From contig JAJZKO010000003.1 of the NCBI GenBank assembly GCA_021850805.1, positions 8,246 through 72,245 of the forward strand: DNA of 64,000 nt, in the 5' to 3' direction. The position numbers and the translations under genes are program-made. Positions 43,589-52,037 of the stretch are shown piece by piece. Source of the stretch: Candidatus Micrarchaeota archaeon (lineage in GTDB: Archaea > Micrarchaeota > Micrarchaeia > Micrarchaeales > CABMGC01). The stretch's first letter is position 1, and each line of letters begins with the position of its first letter. The notes below the pieces were generated by a model that was not told where the DNA came from, did no database searches, and saw nothing but the letters and a program-made list of their open reading frames with translations.

Positions 43589-45352
43589 ATGAATGAGATG
43601 AACAAGATTGCGTCCCTGCCATATATGAAGAAATGGCTTATAGTGGCATCTCTCCTTGGAATCATATCGGGCGTATCTGCCCTTGTGTTCTACTACGCGA
43701 TAATCGCCGCGGAGCACATATTTCTTGGGTCTTTCGTAGGGATGAGCATACCGCGTCCTGCAGGTGAAGGTGGCATCTCAGGCTTCGTATACGATGTCAA
43801 AAATTTCTGGTACATACCGATAAGCATAGTGATTGGGGGTATTCTATCCGGTGCAATAGTATACAAATTTGCTCCTGAAGCAGAAGGGCACGGTACCGAC
43901 GCGGCAATAAAGTCATTCCATTACGACCAGGGAAAAATACGCCGCAGAATACCTCTTGTGAAGGGAATAGCATCAGCAATAACGATAGGTTCAGGGGGCA
44001 GTGCCGGACGTGAAGGCCCGACTGCACAGATATCGGCAGGGATAGGCTCGTTCATAGCGGATACAATAGGCCTAAGCGATAATGACAGGAGGATGGCAGT
44101 TGCAGTATGCATAGGCGCAGGGATAGGGACTATATTTAAGGCTCCAATAGGCGGGGCAATACTCGCAGCCGAAGTACTGTACAAGAGGGATCTCGAGACA
44201 GAGGTAATATACCCATCAATAATAGCCAGCGCGATAGGATACTCAATCTTCGGCTCTGTAGTCGGCTTCACACCAATATTTGGCTATAACCTTGTACCAT
44301 TCAGCGTGCTCCGCCTTCCCATGTACGCCATACTTGGCATAGTCACAGGACTTCTTGCGATACTGTACATAAAGACATTCTACGGCATTCATGAATTTTT
44401 CAATAAACTGCGGATAAGCAGGTACGCAAAGCCTGCGATGGGCGCATTTGTGGTGGGGATCCTTGCGCTCTTCTTTCCAGAGATAATGGCCACTGGCTAC
44501 GGATGGGTCCAGATACTCATGAGCGGCTCACTGCAGCAGATTCCAACATTCGGCGCACCGCTTCTCCTGATGCTTATCCTCCTTCCATTTGTAAAGATTG
44601 TAGCTACCTCTTTCAGCATAGGTTCAGGGGGCAGCGGGGGCGTATTCGCACCTGGGATAGAAATCGGGGCAAGCGCAGGGCTCCTTGTCTTCCTCATGTT
44701 CCATGCCATAAATCCGTCTCTTGCAGCAATAGCTGTGCCATTCGTAATAATAGGCATGCTCTCCTTCTTCGGTGCCGCAGGAAAGGCGCCAATATCAGTT
44801 CTTATAATGGTGGTTGAGATGACAGGCAGCTTGCAGCTTCTTCCAGGCGCAATGATAGCCGTTCTGATAGCATACTTCGTATCTGGCGACAATACCATAT
44901 ACCGTTCGCAGGTTCCTACAAGAAAAGACTCCCCAGTTCATTTTGGCGAATACAACGTCCCCATGCTTACTGGAATGACAATAGAGGGCATAGGGCTGCA
45001 TGACATATCAATAAGTCCCATCTCAACAGTATCCAACGCTACCAGGAAGATGAAGATGGAGGGTCTAGCGTCCCTTCCTGTGGTAGAGAAAGGAAAGCTG
45101 ATAGGCGTAATCTATCTACTTGACATAAACAATACCAGAGGTTCGGAGAGAATCCGGACATTAATGAGAACAGGCAGCACATACCTTAGGCTTCAGAATA
45201 CTGCAGATGAGGCATGGGAGGTTATGGTAAAGAACAAGAGCACATGGGTTTCAGTGGTGGAGAAGGGCAGGTATCTTGGTGTAGTTACACTTGACAGCAT
45301 ACTCAAATGCTACAAAGGCAAGATCGCATCGCTTCGCAGGAATCAAAAATAA
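43589..45352 (+). CDS. ClC-family chloride channel / H+-Cl- antiporter with C-terminal CBS pair
   Basis: GSGGSAGREGP, GIGTIFKAPIGG, GSGGSGGVFAPG, then two CBS-like repeats. Confidence 0.85.
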   Translation: MNEMNKIASLPYMKKWLIVASLLGIISGVSALVFYYAIIAAEHIFLGSFVGMSIPRPAGEGGISGFVYDVKNFWYIPISIVIGGILSGAIVYKFAPEAEGHGTDAAIKSFHYDQGKIRRRIPLVKGIASAITIGSGGSAGREGPTAQISAGIGSFIADTIGLSDNDRRMAVAVCIGAGIGTIFKAPIGGAILAAEVLYKRDLETEVIYPSIIASAIGYSIFGSVVGFTPIFGYNLVPFSVLRLPMYAILGIVTGLLAILYIKTFYGIHEFFNKLRISRYAKPAMGAFVVGILALFFPEIMATGYGWVQILMSGSLQQIPTFGAPLLLMLILLPFVKIVATSFSIGSGGSGGVFAPGIEIGASAGLLVFLMFHAINPSLAAIAVPFVIIGMLSFFGAAGKAPISVLIMVVEMTGSLQLLPGAMIAVLIAYFVSGDNTIYRSQVPTRKDSPVHFGEYNVPMLTGMTIEGIGLHDISISPISTVSNATRKMKMEGLASLPVVEKGKLIGVIYLLDINNTRGSERIRTLMRTGSTYLRLQNTADEAWEVMVKNKSTWVSVVEKGRYLGVVTLDSILKCYKGKIASLRRNQK

Positions 45353-45469
45353 GCCAGCGCACTTCCAAATCCAAAATATCAGCCGCCAGCCTCTTCATCG
45401 CCAGGGCTTAACATATAGAAACATTTAAATATCTTACTGCTATTTATTATATAGCTTATTTTAGAAAGG

Positions 45470-45477
45470 TTTAAAAA
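45470..45477 (+). promoter_or_regulatory. BRE/TATA promoter of tfb (AGAAAGG-TTTAAAAA), leaderless arrangement
   Basis: The TATA box begins 26 nt upstream of the ATG at 45496. Confidence 0.55.
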
Positions 45478-45495
45478 TTAATCTGATGTTTAAGC

Positions 45496-46536
45496 ATGGT
45501 GAGAACGATGACAAACCAGAAAAAAGATTTAAGACAGGAGAAAAGCGATGACTTCGAATTGTTAGCTGACTCTGCACACCCTGCACAGCAGAGACCGTAT
45601 ACAGTGAGGAGGGAGAGCTCGAATCCGGCTGATATAAAGCACTGCCCAAGTTGCGGCAGCACTGATGTAATATTCGATAACGAGAAGGGAGAGTACGTAT
45701 GCAACAACTGCGGTCTGATAATAGAGGAGAACGTAACTGACGTAGGTCCTGAATGGAGGGCTTTCGACAGCGATCAGAGGAATTCAAGGGCAAGGACCGG
45801 TGCCCCTATAAAGTACATGAAACCCAACAAAGGCCTTGTAACAGAGATTGATATGTACAATAAGGATATACGTGGCACGAAACTGCCGTCCAAGCGCCAG
45901 GCCCAGCTATACCGCATGAGGAAGTGGCATAAGAGGGCAAGCATAGCAAGCTCAAGCGAGCGAAACTACATAATAGCCATGCCTGAGCTGAACAGGGTGG
46001 CGAGCTATCTCGGGCTTCCGGACAACATAAGGGAGCAGGCTGCACTTCTATACAGGCAGTGTGTAAAGAACAACCTGATACGTGGCAGGCCTATAGAAAC
46101 AGTAGTGAATGCAGCATTATATGCTACATGCAGGAAGACAGGCATGCCAAGGACTCTGGATGAGATAGCGCAGATATCTGGCGTTCCAAAGAAGGAGATA
46201 GGCAGGTCATTCAGGGTTATTGCCCACGAGCTTAATCTGAAGATACCACTGACGGATCCATCAAGCTACGTACCAAGATATATATCCGCGCTGAAGCTTA
46301 GCGGAGAAGCACAGGAGAAATCGATGCTCCTCTTGAAGCAGGCCATGAAGAAAGGCCTTGTTAGCGGCAGGAGCCCTACCGGGGTCTCTGCTGCTGCGGT
46401 ATATATAGCAGGCGCGCTGGTCGGAGAAAGGCGTACCCAGAAGGAGGTGGCAGACGTGGCAGGGGTAACCGAGGTTACGATAAGGAACAGGTACAGAGAG
46501 CTGAAGAAGGAGCTTAACATAGACGTAAACCTCTGA
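45496..46536 (+). CDS. tfb: transcription initiation factor IIB (TFB) with an N-terminal extension of about 50 aa
   Basis: Zn ribbon CPSCGS…CNNCG, B-finger/linker …GPEWRAFD…, and two cyclin repeats ending in the HTH QKEVADVAGVTEVTIRNRYREL. Confidence 0.9.
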   Translation: MVRTMTNQKKDLRQEKSDDFELLADSAHPAQQRPYTVRRESSNPADIKHCPSCGSTDVIFDNEKGEYVCNNCGLIIEENVTDVGPEWRAFDSDQRNSRARTGAPIKYMKPNKGLVTEIDMYNKDIRGTKLPSKRQAQLYRMRKWHKRASIASSSERNYIIAMPELNRVASYLGLPDNIREQAALLYRQCVKNNLIRGRPIETVVNAALYATCRKTGMPRTLDEIAQISGVPKKEIGRSFRVIAHELNLKIPLTDPSSYVPRYISALKLSGEAQEKSMLLLKQAMKKGLVSGRSPTGVSAAAVYIAGALVGERRTQKEVADVAGVTEVTIRNRYRELKKELNIDVNL

Positions 46537-46543
46537 TGGCACA

Positions 46544-47035
46544 ATGTCCAGTGCAGCAGGGCCAGCCAGGATTTGGCTGGCATTTTCTATATTTTCCTTT
46601 ATACTAGGCATGGTCTATGCGTCTTCAAGCACCTCAATAGGATCTCAGAACTATACTGTAGCATATGCAAATTCTACAATCAACAGCACAGCCAATTACA
46701 TAGAGACAATAAACCAGAGCGGCTACCTCATATTCTATCCGAATCTATCGAAGGCATATTCATACCTGGAAAAGGCCAGGGGCATATACACGAAATCCCC
46801 TTCGGCTGCAGTTGCGTATGCAGATCAGGCGGAGGCCTCTGCCAGAGAGCAGTATGCTGCCATGGCACAGTATAAGCTCTATTCGTTTGCAGCAGCCGCT
46901 ATCTTTACCTTGGTCATGGGCGCAATCCTATACCTTTTCATGATACCTGTTAAGAGAAAGGGCAGCAGAAAGGCACATGCAAGAACGGCAAAGGGAAAGC
47001 CGGCGCGAAAGAAGGCTAAGAAGAATTCTGCCTGA
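46544..47035 (+). CDS. small secreted, C-terminally anchored protein, sequon-dense
   Basis: It has an N-terminal signal-like helix and five N-x-S/T sites (NYT, NST, NST, NQS, NLS) within about 45 aa, followed by a C-terminal TM helix and a basic tail. Confidence 0.5.
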   Translation: MSSAAGPARIWLAFSIFSFILGMVYASSSTSIGSQNYTVAYANSTINSTANYIETINQSGYLIFYPNLSKAYSYLEKARGIYTKSPSAAVAYADQAEASAREQYAAMAQYKLYSFAAAAIFTLVMGAILYLFMIPVKRKGSRKAHARTAKGKPARKKAKKNSA

Positions 47036-48149
47036 GGCTATACATCCGCCCTCTCCAGGTTATCCTGCGCATAAAAGCTGCGCACGAAAGATTATAAACA
47101 TATAAAAACGGCATCAGCGCAGACGCTATAATTACACTTGCAGTAGCATCTCCTCCTATCCTCCTCTTTGTCCTGTATGCTGTTATTGCTGCATGGAGGA
47201 GCAACACCAGATAAATAGGATTGTATAATGAAAGAGCTATTCCTGTAACTATCAGCAACGATTCGGAAGAGTAGTAGACCAACCCTACATAAAGGTTTCT
47301 CCTTTGCCCAAGCACGCTCAATGCTGCCTGCCTATTTGACCACTCGACAAACTCCGGAAAAGTATCAACCGATCCAACTTCAGGGTGATATCTTTCAATA
47401 TACCATATTCCCAGCCCATCTTTCTTTGCCATCTTCATTATTGTTATGTCATCAGAGACTGAGAATTCAGATTCGAGGAAGAACTTCATCCTCTTCTCTC
47501 CTGCTACGAGGCTTCTCCTGAAGGCCATCGATCCGCCCCATACAAACCTTGTCGCATCGCTCTCCATTAGCCCCTCTCCTACAAAACCCCACGCAAATTT
47601 GATGAGAGATACAATACCCCCCTCTGGTACAAAACGCGGAAACATTGTAGATACTCCTACGCTCCTATCAGCTAAAGGCATAACAAGCTCAGAAAGCCAT
47701 CTTCTGCCTACCCGTATATCCGAGTCCGCCACTACATATACATCATATCCAGGATTCATCTTAATGGCGCTTGCTATTGCCCTGACCTTCCCGCTGCACC
47801 TGCTGCATTGCACATTTGATATGATGTGGCGCATTTTCGCTTTCTCTATTGCTTCAACTGCCGGGTCATCCCTATCATCGACTACTGCTATGGCCCTGAA
47901 GTCCGGATACTCCTGCATTTTTATTGACTTGAGATTCGCAACCAGGCCGCGGTCCTTGCCCCGGCAAGGAACTATAACAAGTACACGCGGCAAATATCTT
48001 CCCTGGCTCTGCACCGTCTTACTCTTCCTATTTCCGCCCTTCAACTTAATCGTATCTGCCGCAAGCATCAAGGCAAATATTGCTGAAACGGCGATTATAT
48101 AATACTGCAAAAGTGCGCCCAATTTTCCACCTTTCCAATCTGCAAACAT
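47016..48149 (-). CDS. GT-A family 2 glycosyltransferase (membrane-associated, GT2/GT21-like)
   Basis: VLVIVPCRGKD…AVVDDRDDP…VVADSDI… (DxD), followed by C-terminal TM helices. Confidence 0.7.
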   Translation of the reverse strand: MFADWKGGKLGALLQYYIIAVSAIFALMLAADTIKLKGGNRKSKTVQSQGRYLPRVLVIVPCRGKDRGLVANLKSIKMQEYPDFRAIAVVDDRDDPAVEAIEKAKMRHIISNVQCSRCSGKVRAIASAIKMNPGYDVYVVADSDIRVGRRWLSELVMPLADRSVGVSTMFPRFVPEGGIVSLIKFAWGFVGEGLMESDATRFVWGGSMAFRRSLVAGEKRMKFFLESEFSVSDDITIMKMAKKDGLGIWYIERYHPEVGSVDTFPEFVEWSNRQAALSVLGQRRNLYVGLVYYSSESLLIVTGIALSLYNPIYLVLLLHAAITAYRTKRRIGGDATASVIIASALMPFLYVYNLSCAAFMRRITWRGRMYSLRQNSS

Positions 48150-48179
48150 TTATATTATTCTAATCAGACTGATAACCAT

Positions 48180-49220
48180 ATGCCATACCACAGTTTCGAG
48201 ACTATAATACTGCCTTCGTTTCTCGCATTCGTAATAACCATAATAGGGACAGAGTTCATAATGGTATACCTTAAAGGTGCAGGCATAATAGCAGAAGACA
48301 GAAACAAGAGCAAGCCTGTGATACTTCCAAGCAGCGGAGGAGTGGCTGTGGCATTTGGGCTTATAGTTGGCATACTGTCATACACGTTCGGCGGGTCTTT
48401 CCTATTTGTCCCTGTTCTTGATGTAGAGAAACTTCTTTCGATAGCACTCTCAATAGTCCTGATAACATTCGTGGGCTTCCTTGACGATGTAAACGTGAAA
48501 AGCCACAGGGTCGCAAGCACAGGTATAAAGGATATACGGCAGGGCTTAAGGCAGTGGCAGAAGCCGCTCCTTACTTTTGTCGGTGCCCTTCCCCTCATGG
48601 CGATAAACGCCGGCGTAGAAGTTGTCTTTGTTCCATTTATTGGGAGAATAGCGCTAGGAATATTCTATCCTTTGTTAGTGCTCCCAATAGCAATAATATT
48701 CGTCTCCAACTCCTTCAACCTCCTGGGAGGGTTTGATGGATTACAGCCATCAATGGGCGCAATAGCTGCGCTCGGCCTGGTAATATACTCTTTCTTCTAC
48801 GGAAATTACATGGGGCTATTCCTTTCTTCGATACTGCTTGCATCCCTATTGGGATTTATCCCATTCAATACATATAGGGCAAAGATAATTCCAGGTGACA
48901 GCTTCACATACGCAGTAGGGGCATCACTTGTGGCTGTAATGGTCATGGGCAATGCGGAGGCGTTCGGCATTATAATATTCGTGCCGTGGATCCTGGAGTT
49001 CTTCCTGCATCTGCGCAGGAGATTCAAGGTATCGGATCTTGGCATACGCCAGAAGGATGGCACATTCAAGGCTCCATACGGCAGAAAAATATACAGCCTC
49101 ACGCATGCGGTAATGAACCTCAAGCCAATGAGGGAGAAAGATATAACACGCTACCTATCCGCAGTCGAGGTTATGTTTGTGCTTCTGGGGTTTGGACTTA
49201 AGCTTGCCGGATTACTCTGA
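48180..49220 (+). CDS. aglH: UDP-GlcNAc:dolichyl-phosphate GlcNAc-1-phosphotransferase (MraY/WecA/AglH family)
   Basis: GFLDDVN and NSFNLLGGFDGL motifs, about 10 TM segments. Confidence 0.8.
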   Translation: MPYHSFETIILPSFLAFVITIIGTEFIMVYLKGAGIIAEDRNKSKPVILPSSGGVAVAFGLIVGILSYTFGGSFLFVPVLDVEKLLSIALSIVLITFVGFLDDVNVKSHRVASTGIKDIRQGLRQWQKPLLTFVGALPLMAINAGVEVVFVPFIGRIALGIFYPLLVLPIAIIFVSNSFNLLGGFDGLQPSMGAIAALGLVIYSFFYGNYMGLFLSSILLASLLGFIPFNTYRAKIIPGDSFTYAVGASLVAVMVMGNAEAFGIIIFVPWILEFFLHLRRRFKVSDLGIRQKDGTFKAPYGRKIYSLTHAVMNLKPMREKDITRYLSAVEVMFVLLGFGLKLAGLL

Positions 49221-49441
49221 CGTACAAACCTGGATCCGTCAAATATCAACCTGACATCATCAGCTTTTATTGTCTTCCTTCCAGCATGCTGCGCATACAT
49301 GCGCGACCTTTCAGTCATCTGTTCAGCAAGCTTCTCTATCTCCACCTCCAATCTTAGAACTGCGTCTTCCGTAACCTTCTCTGCGCCAGCCTCACGTATA
49401 AACTGCTCCATCTCATAAAGACTAAATGATTTTTTTATCAC
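49151..49441 (-). CDS. archaeal histone-fold protein with a C-terminal extension of about 30 aa
   Basis: …MEQFIREAGAEKVTEDAVLRLEVEIEKLAEQMTERSRMYAQHAGRKTIKADDVRLI aligns with HMfB (…IIKDAGAERVSDDA…ARHAGRKTIKAEDIEL). A GTG at 49441 is proposed as the start. The ORF is open to 49549, and the ATG at 49411 is an alternative. Confidence 0.75.
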   Translation of the reverse strand: MIKKSFSLYEMEQFIREAGAEKVTEDAVLRLEVEIEKLAEQMTERSRMYAQHAGRKTIKADDVRLIFDGSRFVRQSNPASLSPNPRSTNITSTADR

Positions 49442-49609
49442 AGTATTACCCCAAGGAAAAAAGACAATAGAGTTGAAAGGAAAACCTTTAAATTCATATT
49501 CCGGTGCCCATAATAGCGGCATTACCAGAAGTTTTACTGGAATATCCATTTTGCAGAGGTAATCAATACTTCTTACGCACAGCCTCAGGTGGAATTTGCC
49601 ATATGCTGC

Positions 49610-50800
49610 TTACTTGTAGCGCAGTATGGCCCCTATGCCTTTGAAGCCCATCAGGAACTCCTTCCCATAGGAACTCTCGGAAGATACAAATACCGTATCA
49701 ACCCCTCCCTCATCGGCAAGGCCTACCAGCTCTGCTATCGCATCCTCGCTCGAAACTGGGTCAAGGGTCCCACCACATTCATGTCTCTTCTGCTTTACTT
49801 CGCTCTCCATGCTCTTTACTATCTGGTTGCACGAGCTGCATTTATACTCAACCATGTACATCTCCAGGTCATTGTTTATTATGAGAGTGCCTGCTTGGTT
49901 CGCGAGAAGTGCTTTCTTGGTGTTCTCATAGCCGTATGTTGCCAATCCTCCATGGGATATCTCCTGGATGAACCTCTCTATGACCCTCCTTTCCATGTAC
50001 GCTTCCTGCTCCTTGAGCAGATCCGAGGCCTTCTCCACAAGTTCGTTGAGCCCGAACTCATCCGTATATCCTGTATCATATACCCCAAGAATCTTTATCT
50101 GATAGTTCAGTGTGTTGGATTTCACAAAGCCCTCTTTGGTCGGTCCAGGTCCTCCAACTATAAGTCCCTTCACCTTGAACTGGCTCTGCTCGAATATGGA
50201 GTTTATTATCTCGGAAACACGCGAATAGTACTCGCCTATGCTCTCCTCAATTATCCTCTCGTACCGCCTTGCCGATTGCCCTCCCTTGCGCACTTTCGCA
50301 TGAACCATCGAATTGAGCTTCTTAACAACCTGTATATGCAGACCCTTCAGGGTGGCAACAGTCGCTTCTCTGCCGTCAAGGACCACCAGGGCGTATGTAT
50401 CCTTAGTGCTGACTATATCCTCTATGGGGTCCAAGAGGAATGTGGAATCGCAGCGGTATATATTTACTTTTATAGGCAGAGGAGGTTCCATTGAGAACAA
50501 CTCTATTGATGTCTTTCCAGGGTTGTCGGATATGTTGCCGCAGAATACCGCAAGCCCATTCTTCGGGGTCTCCTTGTAAAGCCTAAGGTACTGTATTATC
50601 TTGTCTATAGCGCTCTGTACGTTAGTTCGTGTAGATTTTGATTTTATATTAGACGATTGGCTATATTCCTCCCGCAGCTTCGATACTTCTTCCGAAAGCT
50701 GAAAACCTGCAGGCACATAGATGCTTATTAGCTCTGTCCCAGATCCGCGTATGGACCGAAGTTTTTTAATCTCCCTAAGCATCGAGTACTCGTTTTTCAT
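49610..50800 (-). CDS. prf1: peptide chain release factor aRF1
   Basis: NIKS motif (SSNIKSKSTR) and GGQ motif (RKGGQSARRYERI), 396 aa. Confidence 0.9.
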   Translation of the reverse strand: MKNEYSMLREIKKLRSIRGSGTELISIYVPAGFQLSEEVSKLREEYSQSSNIKSKSTRTNVQSAIDKIIQYLRLYKETPKNGLAVFCGNISDNPGKTSIELFSMEPPLPIKVNIYRCDSTFLLDPIEDIVSTKDTYALVVLDGREATVATLKGLHIQVVKKLNSMVHAKVRKGGQSARRYERIIEESIGEYYSRVSEIINSIFEQSQFKVKGLIVGGPGPTKEGFVKSNTLNYQIKILGVYDTGYTDEFGLNELVEKASDLLKEQEAYMERRVIERFIQEISHGGLATYGYENTKKALLANQAGTLIINNDLEMYMVEYKCSSCNQIVKSMESEVKQKRHECGGTLDPVSSEDAIAELVGLADEGGVDTVFVSSESSYGKEFLMGFKGIGAILRYK

Positions 50801-50875
50801 CGTTATTCTACCATGTGGAAAAGCGTCAGTAAAAGTATTTAAATAGCAATGCTAATAAATACAATAAGATGCGAT

Positions 50876-51031
50876 ATGCCGGGATTATCAACTCCACAGC
50901 AGCAGGCCGGGATACTTAGTTTCTACGATGCACCTGAGAAAGGTCCTAGGCTTAGCGCAAAGCACATACTTGTTTTTGCAGTAATATTCTCAATAATAAT
51001 AATCTTCTTGGACCATGTAGTTGCACTATAG
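50876..51031 (+). CDS. secG: preprotein translocase subunit Sec61-beta (archaeal SecG)
   Basis: …QQAGILSFYDAPEKGPRLSAKHILVFAVIFSIIIIFL matches the archaeal Sec61-beta pattern (AGL-RFFDE…GPK-SP--V plus a TM helix). The ATG at 50876 is preferred over 50849. Confidence 0.7.
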   Translation: MPGLSTPQQQAGILSFYDAPEKGPRLSAKHILVFAVIFSIIIIFLDHVVAL

Positions 51032-51080
51032 GCGATGTAGCAGCACTAGCGCGCGGAAAGAGCGGCGATTCTCTGCCATT

Positions 51081-51953
51081 TCATGTAAGTGTAAACGCAT
51101 CCTTTCTCTTCTCGCTGACTTCTCCGCTCTCAGAGAGCAGGTACAATATCGCCCGTATCCCTTCTTCATCTATGCCTGTCTTTGCGGATAGGTCGGTAGT
51201 CTTTGACGTGCCATTGCCTATGAGCTTTATGAGCTGAGGGCCGTTCTTCTCCATGAATGACCTTAGCACTATATAGAATTTTCTATTGAAGGCACGTGTG
51301 CCGAGAACATGTCCTTTCCGTATACTCTCCTCCAGCGCGCTTGATATTGCCGCCGCCTGGCTCTCGCTCTGTAGTACTATATAACCTTCTTTCTCGAGAG
51401 TGGCAACCTCATCAATCTCTGTTACTGGCGTGTAGCCTGCCGGGGGCTGCCGCACATAGGCTGTGCTTCTGGGCTGCTGGTAGGCTTTCGCCTGTGGAGC
51501 TTGGGGAATACTCTGCGGGCTCTTCTTCCGCATAAGGAAGTTGTCATAAACATCCTTGGAAATGCTGTATACCTTATTCCCTTCCTTGCTGTTGAAGAGA
51601 TTCACGAACTTTTTCTGAAGCAGGGATTTCATCACGGATTTCTCATCCTGTGTAAGGAGCTTGTTTACATTCTCAACAGTCCTCATCTGATACCTTAGCG
51701 TGTCTATTTTTTTAAGCACCGCAATTTCACTCTGCGAAGGAGTCAATGGCGCTCTTCTTGCCGGTTGCTGTGCTGAGGCTCCAGCCTCATTTTCCTCCCT
51801 GTAAACGTCATCCTTCCGCATTACCCTATAACTTCCGTCATTGCTTCTGAGGAATTCCACTTCCTGCCCTTCGGAGAGTTTCATGGACTTGACAAGCTCA
51901 TCCGGAAGGTTTACAATCAGCTTGTTGCTCTTTGTCCTATATATCTTAACCAA
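51081..51953 (-). CDS. hypothetical DNA-binding protein: N-terminal SpoVT/AbrB-like domain, Q/P-rich linker, C-terminal winged-helix-like region
   Basis: KLIVNLPDELVKSMKLSEGQEVEFLRSNDGSYRVMRK fits the AbrB swapped-hairpin pattern. The C-terminus …KTTDLSAKTGIDEEGIRAILYLLSESGEV is HTH-like. Confidence 0.5.
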   Translation of the reverse strand: MVKIYRTKSNKLIVNLPDELVKSMKLSEGQEVEFLRSNDGSYRVMRKDDVYREENEAGASAQQPARRAPLTPSQSEIAVLKKIDTLRYQMRTVENVNKLLTQDEKSVMKSLLQKKFVNLFNSKEGNKVYSISKDVYDNFLMRKKSPQSIPQAPQAKAYQQPRSTAYVRQPPAGYTPVTEIDEVATLEKEGYIVLQSESQAAAISSALEESIRKGHVLGTRAFNRKFYIVLRSFMEKNGPQLIKLIGNGTSKTTDLSAKTGIDEEGIRAILYLLSESGEVSEKRKDAFTLT

Positions 51954-52037
51954 TCAACCATCATCGCAGTCAAATGCACATAAATTATCCCATGGAAAGT
52001 ATAAAAAGTTAGCACAATATAGAAAGTAGGTGGTCAT

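Noticed and set aside
43435-43665. A 77-codon N-terminal extension of the valS ORF (MIPRRDATISHFFIYGRDAIL…).
   Set aside because: It is hydrophobic, shows no synthetase similarity and covers the divergent promoter region shared with the ClC gene. The conserved ValRS N-terminus begins at the ATG at 43434.
48164-48598. A 144-aa minus-strand ORF.
   Set aside because: It is antisense to the 5' part of the aglH-like gene.
49589-50494. A 301-aa plus-strand ORF.
   Set aside because: It lies entirely antisense to aRF1, which has NIKS and GGQ motifs. Its composition (Leu/Tyr/Cys-rich) is not protein-like.
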